Numbered from the stretch's first letter, positions 13,728-25,488 are shown. The stretch is DNA of 64,000 nucleotides from Chiloscyllium plagiosum (GCF_004010195.1 NC_057750.1:12313144-12377143); one strand, 5' to 3'. Translations and numbers: made by a program. The notes: a model not told the origin generated them from the sequence alone.

Positions 13728-14575
13728 TGTGGCACAGTAGAGTGCTAATGCCTCTTAAATAGATGGTCAGGTGTTCAAATCCACTAGAGAGATTGTTGTA
13801 CAAAACTAAGGCTGATGTCTATTGCAAGACTGACGGAGTGCTGTGCTGGCAGAGGAGTCAATTTTTGGAACTGTTATCTCCTCAAATCTCTTTCTTAATT
13901 CTAGACTAGAAGTAAAATGGACTCCATGGTATTATTTTAAAGAAAGGCAGAGGAGTTACGAAGAAGAGTTACATCTGAGTTGGAACGTTGACTCTGTTTT
14001 TCACACTTTACATGTTGCCACGCCTGCTGCATTTCTCCAACATTTTCTGAGTTATTTCAGATTTGCAGCATCTGCAGTACTTTAGCTTTGTAAAAGAGCA
14101 AGGGAGTTCTCCACAATTAGTAGACGGCATGGTGGCACAGTGGTTAGCACCGCTGCCTCACAGTGCCAGAGACCCGGGTTCAAATCCCGCCTCAGGCAAC
14201 TGTCTGTGTGGAGTTTGCACATTCTCCCTGTGTCTGTGTGGGTTTCCTCCCAGTCCAAAAATGTGCAGGTTAGGTGAATTGGCCATGCTAAATTGCTGGT
14301 AGTGTTAGGTGTAGGGGAATGGGTCTGGGTGGGTTGCGGGTCGGTGTGGACTTGTTGGGCCGAAGGGCCTGTTTCCACCCTGTAAGTAATCTAATATCCT
14401 GGACAACAGGTAACCATCAAGCAAATTAGTTTGTTATTCTGACTTTGCCAGAGCTTGATACTTACTGCTGTATTTCCTCAAATAAAACACTGACAACGTT
14501 CCAAAGGTAACTATTAAGCTGTAAAGGTATGGGACAAATTGAAGTTATGAAAGGGGTGTATGAATGAAAAACTTT
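13728..14575 (+). mobile_element. Deu-domain SINE (SacSINE1/AmnSINE-like) split by nested insertions
   Basis: ggctgatgtctattgcaagactgacggagtgctgtgctggcagagg, ccatggtattattttaaagaa..gcagaggagtt and the 3' part ctgctgtatttcctcaaataaaacactgac...gctgtaaag resemble the recalled DeuSINE consensus. Confidence 0.6.
14123..14394 (+). mobile_element. HE1-type tRNA-derived V-SINE
   Basis: A-box tggcacagtgg, B-box ggttcaaatcc, V-domain ctgtgtggagtttgcacattctccc, tail gggccgaagggcctgtttcca...taatctaat. Confidence 0.88.
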
Positions 14576-14667
14576 CTTCCGATCTGTGCTTCAGAAGATA
14601 AAAGCCTTTAGAATGATGGTAAAGTACACATTTAGTGTATAAATACTGGCCCTTCTACACTTCATGT

Positions 14668-14780
14668 CAGCTCTGATGAAGAGTCGTTAGCTTGCTCTCT
14701 CTTTCTGTATGCTGCCTGACCTGCTGTGATTTCCAGCATTTTTTGTCTTTAGTAGATTCCAGCATCTGCACTAATTTGCT
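14668..14780 (+). mobile_element. Degenerate PLE 3' end
   Basis: ctctgatgaagagtc...gctgcctgacctgctgtgatttccagca...ttccagcatctgca. Confidence 0.6.
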
Positions 14781-17070
14781 CCAAAAATTTATAGACTGTA
14801 GTTGTAGGGCTTATTTACACTGACTTTTAGTAATTCAGCATCTTGTGATTATAGCCATAGACCACTAGCAACATTACAAATACTTTTGATTTTACTAATA
14901 ACCATTTATTTGATATTTAATCATTCATAGGATATTGGCCTTGCTAACTGGCTATAGTTGTTGCCTATCTCTGGTTGCTCTAGAAAAAATGGTGATGAGT
15001 CACCTTGAATTGCTGCAGTCCGTGTGGTATAGGTATACCCACAGTTTAGTTTTGGAGGGAGTTATAGAATTTTCAATGGAGACAGTGAGGGAATGGCAAT
15101 ATATTCGAAGTCAGAATGGTGTGTGGCTTGGAAGGGAACTTGCAGATCTTAGTGCTCACATGCATCAGTTGCCATAACCCTTCTAGGTGGTACAGCTCAT
15201 GGATTTGGAAAGTGCTGTCTTAGGAGGCTTGATGAATTGCTGCAGTGAATCTTGTTTATAGCACATTTTTCTCCCAAAGTGGAGCATATATAGTGGAGGG
15301 AATGAACGTTCTAAGCTGATAAATACAATCATGATGAAGTGGGCTGCTTTGCCCTTGATGGTTTTGAGTTTTATTAGGGCTGTATTCATTCAAAAAGTAG
15401 ATATTATTCCAACACACTCATGATATGTGGCTTATAGTTGGATAACACACTTCTGGAATTTGGAGGTGAGTTACTTAGCCTCTGACATGCTCTTGTTGGT
15501 ACAGTATTTATAAGCGTGGTCCAATTCATTTTCTGGTTTCTTAGCAATCATTAGGATATTGGTAGTGGGATCTTTAGTGATGGCAATGCCATTCAATGTC
15601 AAGGGAAAATGTTTAGATTCTGTCTTGTTTCATTTAGTCATGAGTACAGAGTTCATAGAGAAAAGAAAAGGATTAATCTCAAGTGTTAGCATTACTCTAC
15701 AAGATGTTTTTACAGACTTCAGTTTGACAAAAAGAAATTAATCTTAAGTAGTTACAGCAACTCCATATCCATTGAGATTGAGCTGCCATGTCCCAGGATC
15801 TCAAGCAGTAACCTTTCACGCTTAATGATTATCATGTGAGAGGTGAAGAGGGAGGACAGAACATGTAATCTTTGTGAAATTGAGGCCGAAAGCCTGGTGA
15901 ATGTGGGTTAATAGGTTCTCACTTCTTGTTTCATCTGAATGTGAGATCTTAGCTTCAGTGCAGGGACCAATGCTTCTCAATATCATCAAATGATCTCATA
16001 AAGCCTAATGGTGGTTTCATTTTAGAACTAATTCTCGCACAGATAGGTTAAGCATCAAGTCTCTATGGCTGGCTCCCAATTTGCTGTTGATGGACTAATG
16101 TGTAATTCATCACAATGTGCTCTCCTCCATTTAATAACACTTTCCTGGGAGTTCATTATAGAAATGAAAATTTTCCTGCTACGGTAGATTAATGTTCATG
16201 CGGATGAGTTATTTTCCTAAAGTTTTCAGGTGTCTCTTTGTTGGGTGGAATTGGAATGAGAAGGTTTTGTGTGTATACACAAATCATTTTCAATTAACAA
16301 TCACCGCCATGCTAATTACATAGTGCTACTATAACAAAAGTCAATGATGCCTACACTGTCTGCAGAATGTGTTCCCTGAGATTAGAAAAGAAGGACATTC
16401 CCACAGTGAGCATTAATAATTTGACTGAAATAAAGAGGACACTAGTGATCACTGTTTGTTTGCAGCAATTGCTCTTGAAATGATAGGATTCAATTCTATG
16501 ATCATAGGACATAAGAACAGGATTAGGCCATTTAGCCCATCAAGCCCTCTCCACCATTCCATGAGATCATGGTTAATCTGGTCTTAACTGTACGGTTTGC
16601 TCTCATAACGCCCAATTTCCTTGTCTATCAAAGAATTACTGACATTCAACTAGAAAGGGAAAACAAAAGAAGAGCAAACAGACTTCCCTCCCTATTTGGA
16701 AATGATGAAGAATTGGCACTTTAAAAGCAGTTAAAGGTGTCTGCTATTTCAGCATCATTAACTCCCTATGACTGAACTACAGCAGGTAAGGGCCAAGGTA
16801 AACTAAGCTGCACAGTTTAAGATGGAATACCAGTTTGTCAGGTAACTGCTGCAAATATCACATTGTTCTCGTGCAAACCAGCTACCTACAGTCCCTGAGG
16901 CTGGTGTCCTACATGTTTCACTTTCTTCTCAACTATTCACTGCATCTCCTCCAGTAGAGTTTGTGAAGAACCAGCCACCACTAAGGCTTCAGACATTGTC
17001 AGATTACAACCACTCTTACAGATTGGTTCTTATCCTCAATAGGTTTTTGATTTGTTTTCTTTCTCTGCAG

Positions 17071-17174
17071 GAAAACAATCCAGGTGAAGATTGTGGATGA
17101 TGAAGAGTACGAAAAGCAGGAAAACTTTTTTGTTGTCCTGGAGAAACCAAGATGGATGAAACGTGGCATTTCAG
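17071..17174 (+). CDS. SLC8A2: Na+/Ca2+ exchanger coding exon (CBD2 alternatively spliced region, 104-nt B-type exon)
   Basis: ttctctgcAG|G AAA ACA...TCA G|GTttgc. Translates KTIQVKIVDDEEYEKQENFFVVLEKPRWMKRGIS, close to recalled NCX2 KTLQVKIVDDEEYEKKDNFFIELGQPQWLKRGIS. Family assignment is secure; paralog is less so. Confidence 0.9.
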
Positions 17175-18851
17175 GTTTGCATAAGGGAGAAACCGTAATC
17201 CAATATGTATATATATATTAAGGGCTCTGCTATGAACCACTGAACCTTTGTTGAAAGGAACTCCATTATAAACTTCTCTCTGTTACATACTCCTCCTCTG
17301 TGGTTAGGCTGTAAGTTCTAAAGGTGTCTCTGCTACACTAATTATAATTGAAAATCTCTCAATTTAATGCTCTGTTACACACTTTCATTACAAGGCTCTC
17401 AGTTATAACACATTGTTACATGCTCTCAGAATGAGGCCTGGCTGCAATGTCATCTTTTACACCTGCATCTTCATTTTTTGCACTTTCTGTTACATCCCTT
17501 CAGCTAAGGCCCTCAACTACTTGTTGCACACATCATCCTCAATGTAAGGCTTTCAGTTACACTGTTGTGTCTGTTTTACAGGATTCAGTGCCATTCATTT
17601 GGCATGTTGTCTTGTGGTATAAGACAATCACTGTGAAATGACATGCAAATTATTGAAATTCTTAGGATTGTTATGTGGAAGCAAAGTGATTTGAATGTTA
17701 ATACAATCACAGTTCTTCTTCTTGGGACATGGCTGTTACTGGCAAGGGCAACATTGGTTTCTTATCCCTAATTGTCCTTGAACTGAGAAACTTGCTCGGT
17801 ATTTCTGAGTCAACCACCGTGTTGTTGATGTGAATCATAGATAGGCAAGACCTGATAAGGATGGCAGATTTCCTTCCCTAAAGGGCATTAGTGAACCAGA
17901 TGAGTATTTTACAACAGTAAATGATAGTTGTCATGGTAACCATTACAGAGACTAGCTTTATAACTCCATGGCTCACTAACTGAACTTAAATTCTACAAAG
18001 TACTGTGATAGGATTAAAACCCAGTATCCAGTAATCTTAGGCCCATGGATTTCTAGCCCAGTACCATAACCATTATGCCACCATCTCTCCCATACAGTTT
18101 CACTGTGTTCAGATATCAGTACATGTTTTCCAGTCATTATCTTACCCAGTTTTCCTACATTTAGATTTTTTTTTAACTTTATACTAATTGTCAAATTGGA
18201 TAACATTTCTATTATGGAATAATTGGGACTGCTATATTTGCTGAAGTACTGTTTCAACAGATTGGCACAAGTTACATGGAGGGGGCACAGCTTTTCTGAA
18301 TGCAATGCCAATGCTGAACAGCTTCTTACAGTGAGTAAAGCCAGGATTTCTGGGGTTCCGTACTGAATAACATTTGTAATGCAGCCAATCTTAACCTACA
18401 ACATAGTCAAATCATAGAACTTGCCTGAGCTTCTTAGTATTAATGAAAACTTTGTGATGGTTTGATACAACTACAAATCCTGGAAGTCCCTCCTTTGTGG
18501 CACTGTGGGTGTCTCTTCATTCCAAGGACTACAGTAATTTAAGAGGGTGGCTCACCATCACCTTCTCCAGGCAATTATGGAAGGCAATAAAAGCTAGCTT
18601 AGCCTGCAACAGCCACATCCCATGAATAAATAAAAAGAAATTTAATGTAAACAGTAATTTAGGTGGAGAAAGCACATTTCTCTGGAACCACATTATATTC
18701 AGTGTTTAACAATTTGCAGAGGTTTTTCTTGTAGTTGTTATGTGAAAGTTTAGGTGTTTTCATCCTGGATCAGATTGTTTCATTGTGTACAGTAACCAGT
18801 GTCTTCAGCTACCATTTCATTGGATTTCACTCTTTTTTTCTCTCTCTGCAG

Positions 18852-18869
18852 CTCTCTTATTGGCTGATG
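18852..18869 (+). CDS. SLC8A2: 18-nt microexon (exon C equivalent, ALLLAD)
   Basis: Long pyrimidine tract ...tttttctctctctgcAG|CTCTCTTATTGGCTGATG|GTAAGA. Phase 1-1, giving A-L-L-L-A-D, homologous to NCX2 ALLLNQ and NCX3 ALLLSP. Confidence 0.88.
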
Positions 18870-19749
18870 GTAAGATGTCAGTTTCTACTAACATGGTTCC
18901 CTTCATTATGGGGTTAGCGGGCTCAAGCTGCTCCTGCCCTCTTCTCCAATCTGTGTTCAGGAATACTCCCAGTGAACAGGAACAACTATCTGCTAGATAC
19001 AAGCCTTGTTGAGTCAGTATATAATGTTGTAGCAACCGTTTTAGAAGAAATCCTGAGTTCAGTTATCAGAATTGACTTCAAATTGATTTTTTTCAACTTG
19101 GCTCCCTCTAGCTGAATATTGAACATATGCGATATGCTGAAATGATGCCGCAATTCTCCAGAATAAGCTACAATATTTTAGTGGTTAGTAACATGGGCAC
19201 TTCCAGTGCAGGCACAAATTGCTGCCAGCAGCAGCTTTTAGAAGTTTAGTGATGCATTCATGTCCATAGGCTTTGGATCCTCCCTTCTGACTGCTGGTGC
19301 TACAGGGTGGGCTGGAAGGTCCTCAAGCCATGAGATATAAACAAAATGATCAGTTATCTTCAGGAGCTGGAACTTATAAGACTTTGGATTAGAGGAGTAT
19401 CCTGTCAACAGCTCTCTGCTTTAGCTTCTTGGGAAGGGATAGGCTGCTTTTGAGAACTCCTTGACCACATGAACACATAATTGAAGTAAAGGGTGCCAGT
19501 TAAGAATGCCTTAGTTTTCCCATCTCATCTTTGTGTGAATGATGAGTCAATTCCACTTCCTCGGGGCAGCTTTGGCGATCATTAAGTGGAAGAGACATGG
19601 CATAATGTTTCGTTGCTTACTTTCCCTGATGTTTTTGAGTAAAGAATTGGAATTCCTCAAGGGGACAAAGATCAGGAAAGTTTGGTGGTAAATATTTTAA
19701 CTGGCAGAGGCTATTTAGTACTGGTATATAATCTTTTTATTGGTGTATA

Positions 19750-19986
19750 CTGGAGCTCCCCAAATGGGGGTCAGGATCCAAAGTGGGGTCATAAACTGAA
19801 ATTTTGGGGTCTCAAGCACTAAGGCAGCAATGTCCACTGTGGGCTACAACAGCTGTGCTCTTGATAGAATAGATCCCTACTCTCACAGTACTACCCACTC
19901 TGCTCTTACAGTTCCCACTGAAGAGTCATGATACTTTTCAATCCTCAAAATGGAGTCACAGTGGGAAAAAGTTTGGGAAGCATTGA
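19750..19986. mobile_element. Possible hAT-type MITE
   Basis: Imperfect inverted ends (gagctccccaaa ... tttgggaagcattg) with internal ggggtc repeats. No TSD resolved. Confidence 0.35.
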
Positions 19987-20469
19987 CCGATACTTATTGA
20001 TTTCCTGTCATTAACAATGGTTTTATGCTTTAGAATGTATATGTATAATTGAATTGAGTAATAGAGAAATAATTAATAAGCCATTGAGTGAAAAGCAATG
20101 TCCTCTACTTCTAGGCCTTTCCTTGTTTATCAGCTAAATCAGGGTGTCTCTCTGTTACTAGCTAAGAGGAAGCATTCTTGTTTTAATTATTTAAAATATG
20201 TTAAACCCATTACCCAACCACTACACACCAAGTCTGAAATTGAGCACCTGAGTTGACAAGTTATTATTTTTATAACCTGCAGCTAAGCATGTTAAACAAT
20301 GACCTGATAGAGATCTTTAAGTTGACAGTTATGATAAGATAAATAATAGGAGATAATTTACATTAATCAGTCCAGGCTTGAGTTATCAAATGTAATTCAA
20401 TATCCCAGCACACGTTAGCAAAGGTGGTAACCCTAGAATAGACAATTAACTTAATTAATCTCTGGAGTC

Positions 20470-20885
20470 GAGGTATCTGGTAAACCTATACTGCACTTCT
20501 TTAAGACCAGCAATCTAATGTGTGCTTATGATATTCCCCATGTAGTCCAACAAAAGCATTATGCATCTGAAACAGAACTTCTACCCCACGTCTCCCGCGC
20601 CCCCTTATATTCTGGTTCTCTAGATATAAAGGTCAGTGATCCATTAGCCTTCTTGATCATTTTCCACAGCTGTGCAAGACATTTTAATTGTTTATGTACC
20701 CTGACTCCCAAGTCTCTTTGGACCTCTATTGTTTCTAGCATTTCATCATTTAGAAAATACTCTGTACTCTCCTTTTTTTGGTCCGAAGTGAATGACTCAC
20801 ATTTGCCTACATTGAAATCCATTTGCCACAGTTTTGCCCATTCACACAATCTATATCTATGTAATTTCATGTTTCCATCTACAAT
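20470..20885 (-). mobile_element. CR1-type LINE RT fragment
   Basis: ORF 20559..20924: RLCEWAKLWQMDFNVGKCE...QRDLGVRVH...KKANGSLTFISR. Confidence 0.85.
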
Positions 20886-21133
20886 GTGAATGATGTCAGT
20901 TGTCTTTGTGTTTTGAGTCAGCAAATGTGAAACATTATCCAGAATGAATCACTATTTGTTTTACGGCGTTTGGAATGACTCTAATTTGTGGTAGAGTATG
21001 CCAGATATATCAGTAAGTAACTGTGGTACGATATTCCAACATCAGCCTGCACCAGTGGTGCAGTACCAAAGCATGATTCAAGATCTTATATTTTATCGTT
21101 GTGGTTCTGTTCGCCGAGCTGGGAATTTGTGTT

Positions 21134-21173
21134 GCAGACGTTTCGTCCCCTGTCTAAGTGACATCCTCAGTGC
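21134..21173 (-). ncRNA. Minimal hammerhead motif in inverted pLTR
   Basis: Reverse complement: GCA-CTGAGGA-T-GTCACTTAGACAGGGGAC-GAAA-CG-TC-TGC, with a 3-bp stem I GCA/TGC. Confidence 0.7.
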
Positions 21174-21600
21174 TTGGGAGCCTCGTGTGAAGCGCTTCTG
21201 TGATCTTTCCTCCGGCATTTGTAGTGGTTTGAATCTGCCGCTTCCGGTTGTCAGTAAATCTAAAAATGTTACTGCTTGATTGAATGCAGTAAGCACCACT
21301 AACTTTGATATCACAGAGACTTACTTAGTCAGAGGAAAGAAGGGGCTTGAAGACAAATCTGGGGTTAGTTGCTACTGACGAGACTTCGGCGGGTCGATGT
21401 GGACTTGTTGGGCCGAAGGGCCTGTTTCCACACTGTAAGTAATCTAATTATTGCCATAGGAACCCAAAGGACTAGCCACACTACCATACATCAAGAGCTG
21501 ACAGCCAGACTACTGCGACCACTGGGACTCATAACAGCACACAAACCAACAGCTACTCTAAGACAACAACTCACCAGAACGAAGGACCCCAATACTCAGC

Positions 21601-22020
21601 ATGAGCAAAACCAATGTAGTGTACAAAATCCCATGCAAGGACTGCACAAAACACTACATAGGACAAACAGGAAGACAGCTAACGATCCGCATCCATGAAC
21701 ACCAACTAGCCACGAAACGACACGACCAGCTATCCTTAGTAACCTCACACGCAGATGACAAGCAACATGAATTCGACTGGGACAACACTACTATTATAGG
21801 ACAAGCCAAACAGAGAACAGCCAGGGAATTCCTAGAGGCATGGCACTCATCCACAGATTCAATCAATAAGCACATCGATCTAGACCCAATATACCGGTCA
21901 CTGCAACGGACAGCTGGAACTGACAACTGGAAGCGGCAGATTCAAACCACTACAAATGCCGGAGGAAAGATCACAGAAGCGCTTCACAGGAGGCTCCCAA
22001 GCACTGAGGATGTCACCTAG
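21601..22020 (+). pseudogene. Penelope GIY-YIG endonuclease domain (5'-truncated element)
   Basis: NVVYKIPCKDCTKHYIGQTGRQLTIRIHEH...REFLEAWHS...IN. The upstream frame ELTARLLRPLGLITAHKPTATLRQQL resembles the PLE RT thumb. Confidence 0.9.
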
Positions 22021-22040
22021 ACAGGGGACGAAATGTCTGC
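22001..22040 (+). ncRNA. Minimal hammerhead motif in pLTR
   Basis: GCA-CTGAGGA-T-GTC(A)CCT-AGAC-AGG(G)GAC-GAAA-TG-TC-TGC. C-to-T change after GAAA relative to the inverted copy. Confidence 0.62.
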
Positions 22041-22404
22041 AACACAAATTCCCAGCTTGGCGAACAGAACCACAACAATGAGCACCTGAGCTACAAATCT
22101 TCTCACAAACTTTATATTTTATCAGAATAATGTGATATTTTTGGGATTATCTCAAATCAATTCAACAAATGACCATTTGAAATTAAATCAGCAGTACACA
22201 GAGACATGTATGAATTGAAGTTGAAGTGAGATAATGTCACTGATGATTAATTTCACTTGGACCTGACGGTTAGATGGCTTTAGGGAACTGGATTATAATA
22301 ATCATTAGTCAAGAGCTTATTGCTTAAAGGTGACGGCTAATATTGAATTATTTATCCAATTAACCTAGGAGTGATTTTGCTTTGTGCAGAATTTCATCAA
22401 TTGT

Positions 22405-22507
22405 CATACAATCGACAGCTAATCCATACAATCGATGTCAAATCTATACAACCGATGCTAAATCCATACAATCTATGCTAAATCCATATAATCTATGCTA
22501 AATCCAT
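22405..22507. repeat. 20-bp minisatellite, about 5 copies
   Basis: Units resemble catacaatctatgctaaatc with drift towards the left. Confidence 0.85.
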
Positions 22508-22589
22508 TCCTTGAGGCATACTTAAAAAAAAATCACCTAAATCAGTTTACCTCATGTAACTAAATGTAACTAAAATGTTATATTTTAAA

Positions 22590-22861
22590 AAGTTCTGGGG
22601 TTTACATACGAAACTAACATGGTCATTCTAAAAGATGAAAGACTTAACAAGCAATCCAGGTAATATATCATTTCAGTGGCATCACACTGTAATCTTATGC
22701 TATTAATTCTGTGTCGTATGATCCCATACTCCACAAGCACCTGATGAAGGAGCAGCACTCAAAAAGCTAGTGCTTCCGAATAAACCTGTTGGACTATAAC
22801 CTGGTGTTGTGTGATTTTTAACTTTGTCCACCCTAGTCCAACACCGGCATCTCCAAATCAT
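22590..22861 (+). mobile_element. Putative PLE 3' end, third family, with decayed hammerhead
   Basis: aagcac-CTGATGA-aggagcagcactc-aAAAA-gcta-gtgctt (6-bp stem I; GAAA mutated), then taaacctgttggactataacctggtg. Homologous to 39908-40240. Confidence 0.7.
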
Positions 22862-23325
22862 GACTACTGTGCCACAAGATCTCTTAGGGTCAAATAACAA
22901 AAATCTTTGCTATTCAATTTCTTTTGGCTGGATACTTCAAACTGTATCTCAAAAAACATTGATACAAATGCAAAATGCCTCTTAGTAGTTAGTCCTCAAG
23001 ATCAAAATGTTTAGATCATCATTTATCTCGTTTGATCTGAGAGACTGGGCTTTGGTAAGAACATGTGTCTAGTTATTAGTAAGTGTTTTTAGTCCATTTA
23101 TTGAGATGAGCGCACAGTAAAAGGGACCTATGATACCAAGTATAGATTCAACAGCATATTTCCTTTACATTTTCTTTATTGTGATTTTTTTTCAATGAGT
23201 GATGACACAGAATAAGGCCTATGCAGTTCCTTCCAAGCTGCTGCACAGCCATAGAAATGCGCAAATTAGTGGGAAAGTTGAGAACATGCCGTGAAATTTC
23301 TAACTCTGCATTTCCTGATGCGCAG

Positions 23326-23450
23326 ATGAATCCAATGGGAAACTGACGGCAGAGGAAGAGGAAGCTCGGCGTATTGCAGAGATGGGGAAACCCATCCTGG
23401 GTGAACATTCCAAGTTGGAGGTCATCATTGAAGAATCATATGAATTTAAG
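23326..23450 (+). CDS. SLC8A2: Na+/Ca2+ exchanger coding exon (125 nt)
   Basis: cgcAG|AT GAA TCC...TTT AAG|GTattc. Translates (D)ESNGKLTAEEEEARRIAEMGKPILGEHSKLEVIIEESYEFK; KLTAEEEEARRIAEMGKP matches NCX2. Confidence 0.93.
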
Positions 23451-25156
23451 GTATTCTTGTGGAGAACATTGTAGACAAATTATAATTTTGCTTCTTCATC
23501 GCACGTGGAAATCTTAACCATTTTATCATCTGTGGTAGTCCACCACACTCAATCATTTTAGCATCAAGTGGCACTCAGAGAAATTATTTTCTCGTGATGT
23601 TTCAGTGTCTACTTCAGAGCATTACCCAAACATTGTCTACTGGCTTCACTGGAAATGTTGCTTCCAATAAAAAGACATATCATGTTGGTATGAACATTTA
23701 ATTTAGAAGGAATAAAATTCATTAGGTGTCTTTCCAGCTCTGGTAAGCTACCAATCTGTGTTTTTACTATGTCCTTCATTTTTTTCTCTTCAAAACTGCA
23801 TGTTTTGTAACTTAATTCCTTTCAAATTGTTTGCTGCAGTGGCCTTGCTTGGCACAAGTTCATTTGATGGATGAAAAATAAGTTCACATGATTGTCCATT
23901 TTGCCCTTGGCTTTCTATTTTAACTTACAGCTCCTTGTGGGATAAATAACTGTAAGACTATTGTATGTTTAATATTTTTAATGGCTCTAGTAGTTTATTA
24001 CATGAAGGAATGATACTCCACATTTTTAAATATTCATTTTCAGGGTTAGACAAATTGATTGATTGTTATTAACAATAATCACATTGTTAAACGTGCACTC
24101 ACATCATTAATAAGGCTTTAATTTCTGTGGCCAGTTTAATTGGCAATTAATGTGCAAATGCAGAGCTTCACTCAGCAAAGGGTTTTGCAAAAGACATCAT
24201 TTTTGCAAAGCTAGCCACTCCTAATGTGCAAATCATCCAACAGCTTGCAATCCTCTTTTTTGTCACGGGTTTCTGGCCGATTTGCACATTAATAACTGGG
24301 AACATTATTCACATACTGTTATTTTTTCAACAAATTCTGACCCAATGTGGTTCCTTTTCTACAGGCTAAATGACAGTAATGAGAAACAAGCCTAAAATGC
24401 CAGCACCTGGTATTTGAACATAATCACAATCTTTAATAATGCTTGCTGTCCCAAAGCAAAATTTATATATCTGATGCAATTAACTCTTTGAGCACCAAAT
24501 GATTTTTCTAACAATTTCACAGAAAAATACCTTTGGGAGTAAAAGCATCTTAAATTGCAAACCAGTTGATATTCACCTCACGGTAAATGATTAAGTCATG
24601 GGAATGCCTTGTTTTGAATATCTGAAAACAGAATATATTTTATCTTAGTGAACAGTCGGCAGCCAGTTACAACATACCAATGATCCTTTAATCATTCTCA
24701 ACATGCAACTCTGATATATATTGGAAACTTTGATAATAAATATTGTACCAACTATTGTGGATAGTGGCTCACCATTTAGTCAGAACATTACAATTATTGA
24801 GGTATTTATGCTTCAGGAAGGGATGCGTTACCCTCTGTGTACTACAGTTCAGGTCCACCATGAAGATCAGTCAGCAAATATGCATGTTTAATAGTGCACA
24901 GAATTAGTCTGAATTATACCAGTGCATGTTCCCGTGACCAAACCTATAGGTGCATAACAGCAGTGCAGAAAACCTGGGTACTGAAGGGATGCCAGTGTAC
25001 CTCCCCATCCATAATCCTCAGCTTGCTTTAACAGAGGTTCTTGGCATGGTGGAGCTGCTGGCACCTGCCACCAACATTTGGGAGGAAGAACTCAAAAAGG
25101 AATCAGCAAAATTAACTTCTTTATTTTGTGGACTTTGATTCCTCAAAATTAATATA

Positions 25157-25488
25157 CAAGTTGACGATTCTTTATCCGAAAAGCTCAGAAATCCAAAGTT
25201 TTCTCCTGAACTTTTTTTCTCAATAATCATGTTGTTTGGCGTGCAAGCAGTTAACTCAACTCCACACCCACTCGACCCACGTCACTCAGGCATGATGTAG
25301 TGATGTGGCCCAGCACTGGCAGGCGTCAATTCTGCCTCAGCGTTCGTAGTAATCACAGGTGCGTGTGCTAATTGGTAGCTTTTTTTTAATTTTTACTATG
25401 AAAATGTCATTTAATCCTTTATCTAAAATATTCCGAAATCCGAAAGACTCCTGGTCCCGAGGGTTTCGGATAAAGGATTGTCTACCTG
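25157..25488. mobile_element. Tc1/mariner-pogo (Tigger-like) MITE
   Basis: TA|caagttgacgattctttatccgaa ... ttcggataaaggattgtctacctg|TA: ~24-bp imperfect TIRs with a TA TSD. Confidence 0.8.

Larger units (their letters stand above)
21098..22111 (+). mobile_element. Composite Penelope insertion: inverted pLTR, filler, HE1 3' end, RT-thumb/GIY-YIG fragment, pLTR
   Basis: 21098-21254 is the reverse complement of ~21920-22076. 12-bp TSD ttatattttatc at 21086-21097 and 22112-22123. Confidence 0.88.

Noticed and set aside
14123..14200. tRNA-like sequence with A and B boxes (also at 28563, 35189, 62949)
   Set aside because: These are SINE heads continuing into V-domain and LINE-like tails, not tRNA genes.
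1..17070. Upstream exchanger exons or a second host gene
   Set aside because: No NCX-like or other recognisable host peptide; ORFs are repeat-derived or short and random. Treated as intron.
21601..22020. GIY-YIG ORF as a domesticated host nuclease gene
   Set aside because: It lies within a TSD-bounded, 5'-truncated Penelope copy with an upstream frameshift; no promoter or splice evidence.
22405..22507. Regular 20-bp repeats as a possible CRISPR array
   Set aside because: No unique spacers, no cas genes and a eukaryotic context; simple minisatellite.
18870..23325. Additional NCX1-style cassette exons (D, E, F)
   Set aside because: No segment with matching peptide and splice sites found by eye; very short exons cannot be excluded without RNA-seq.
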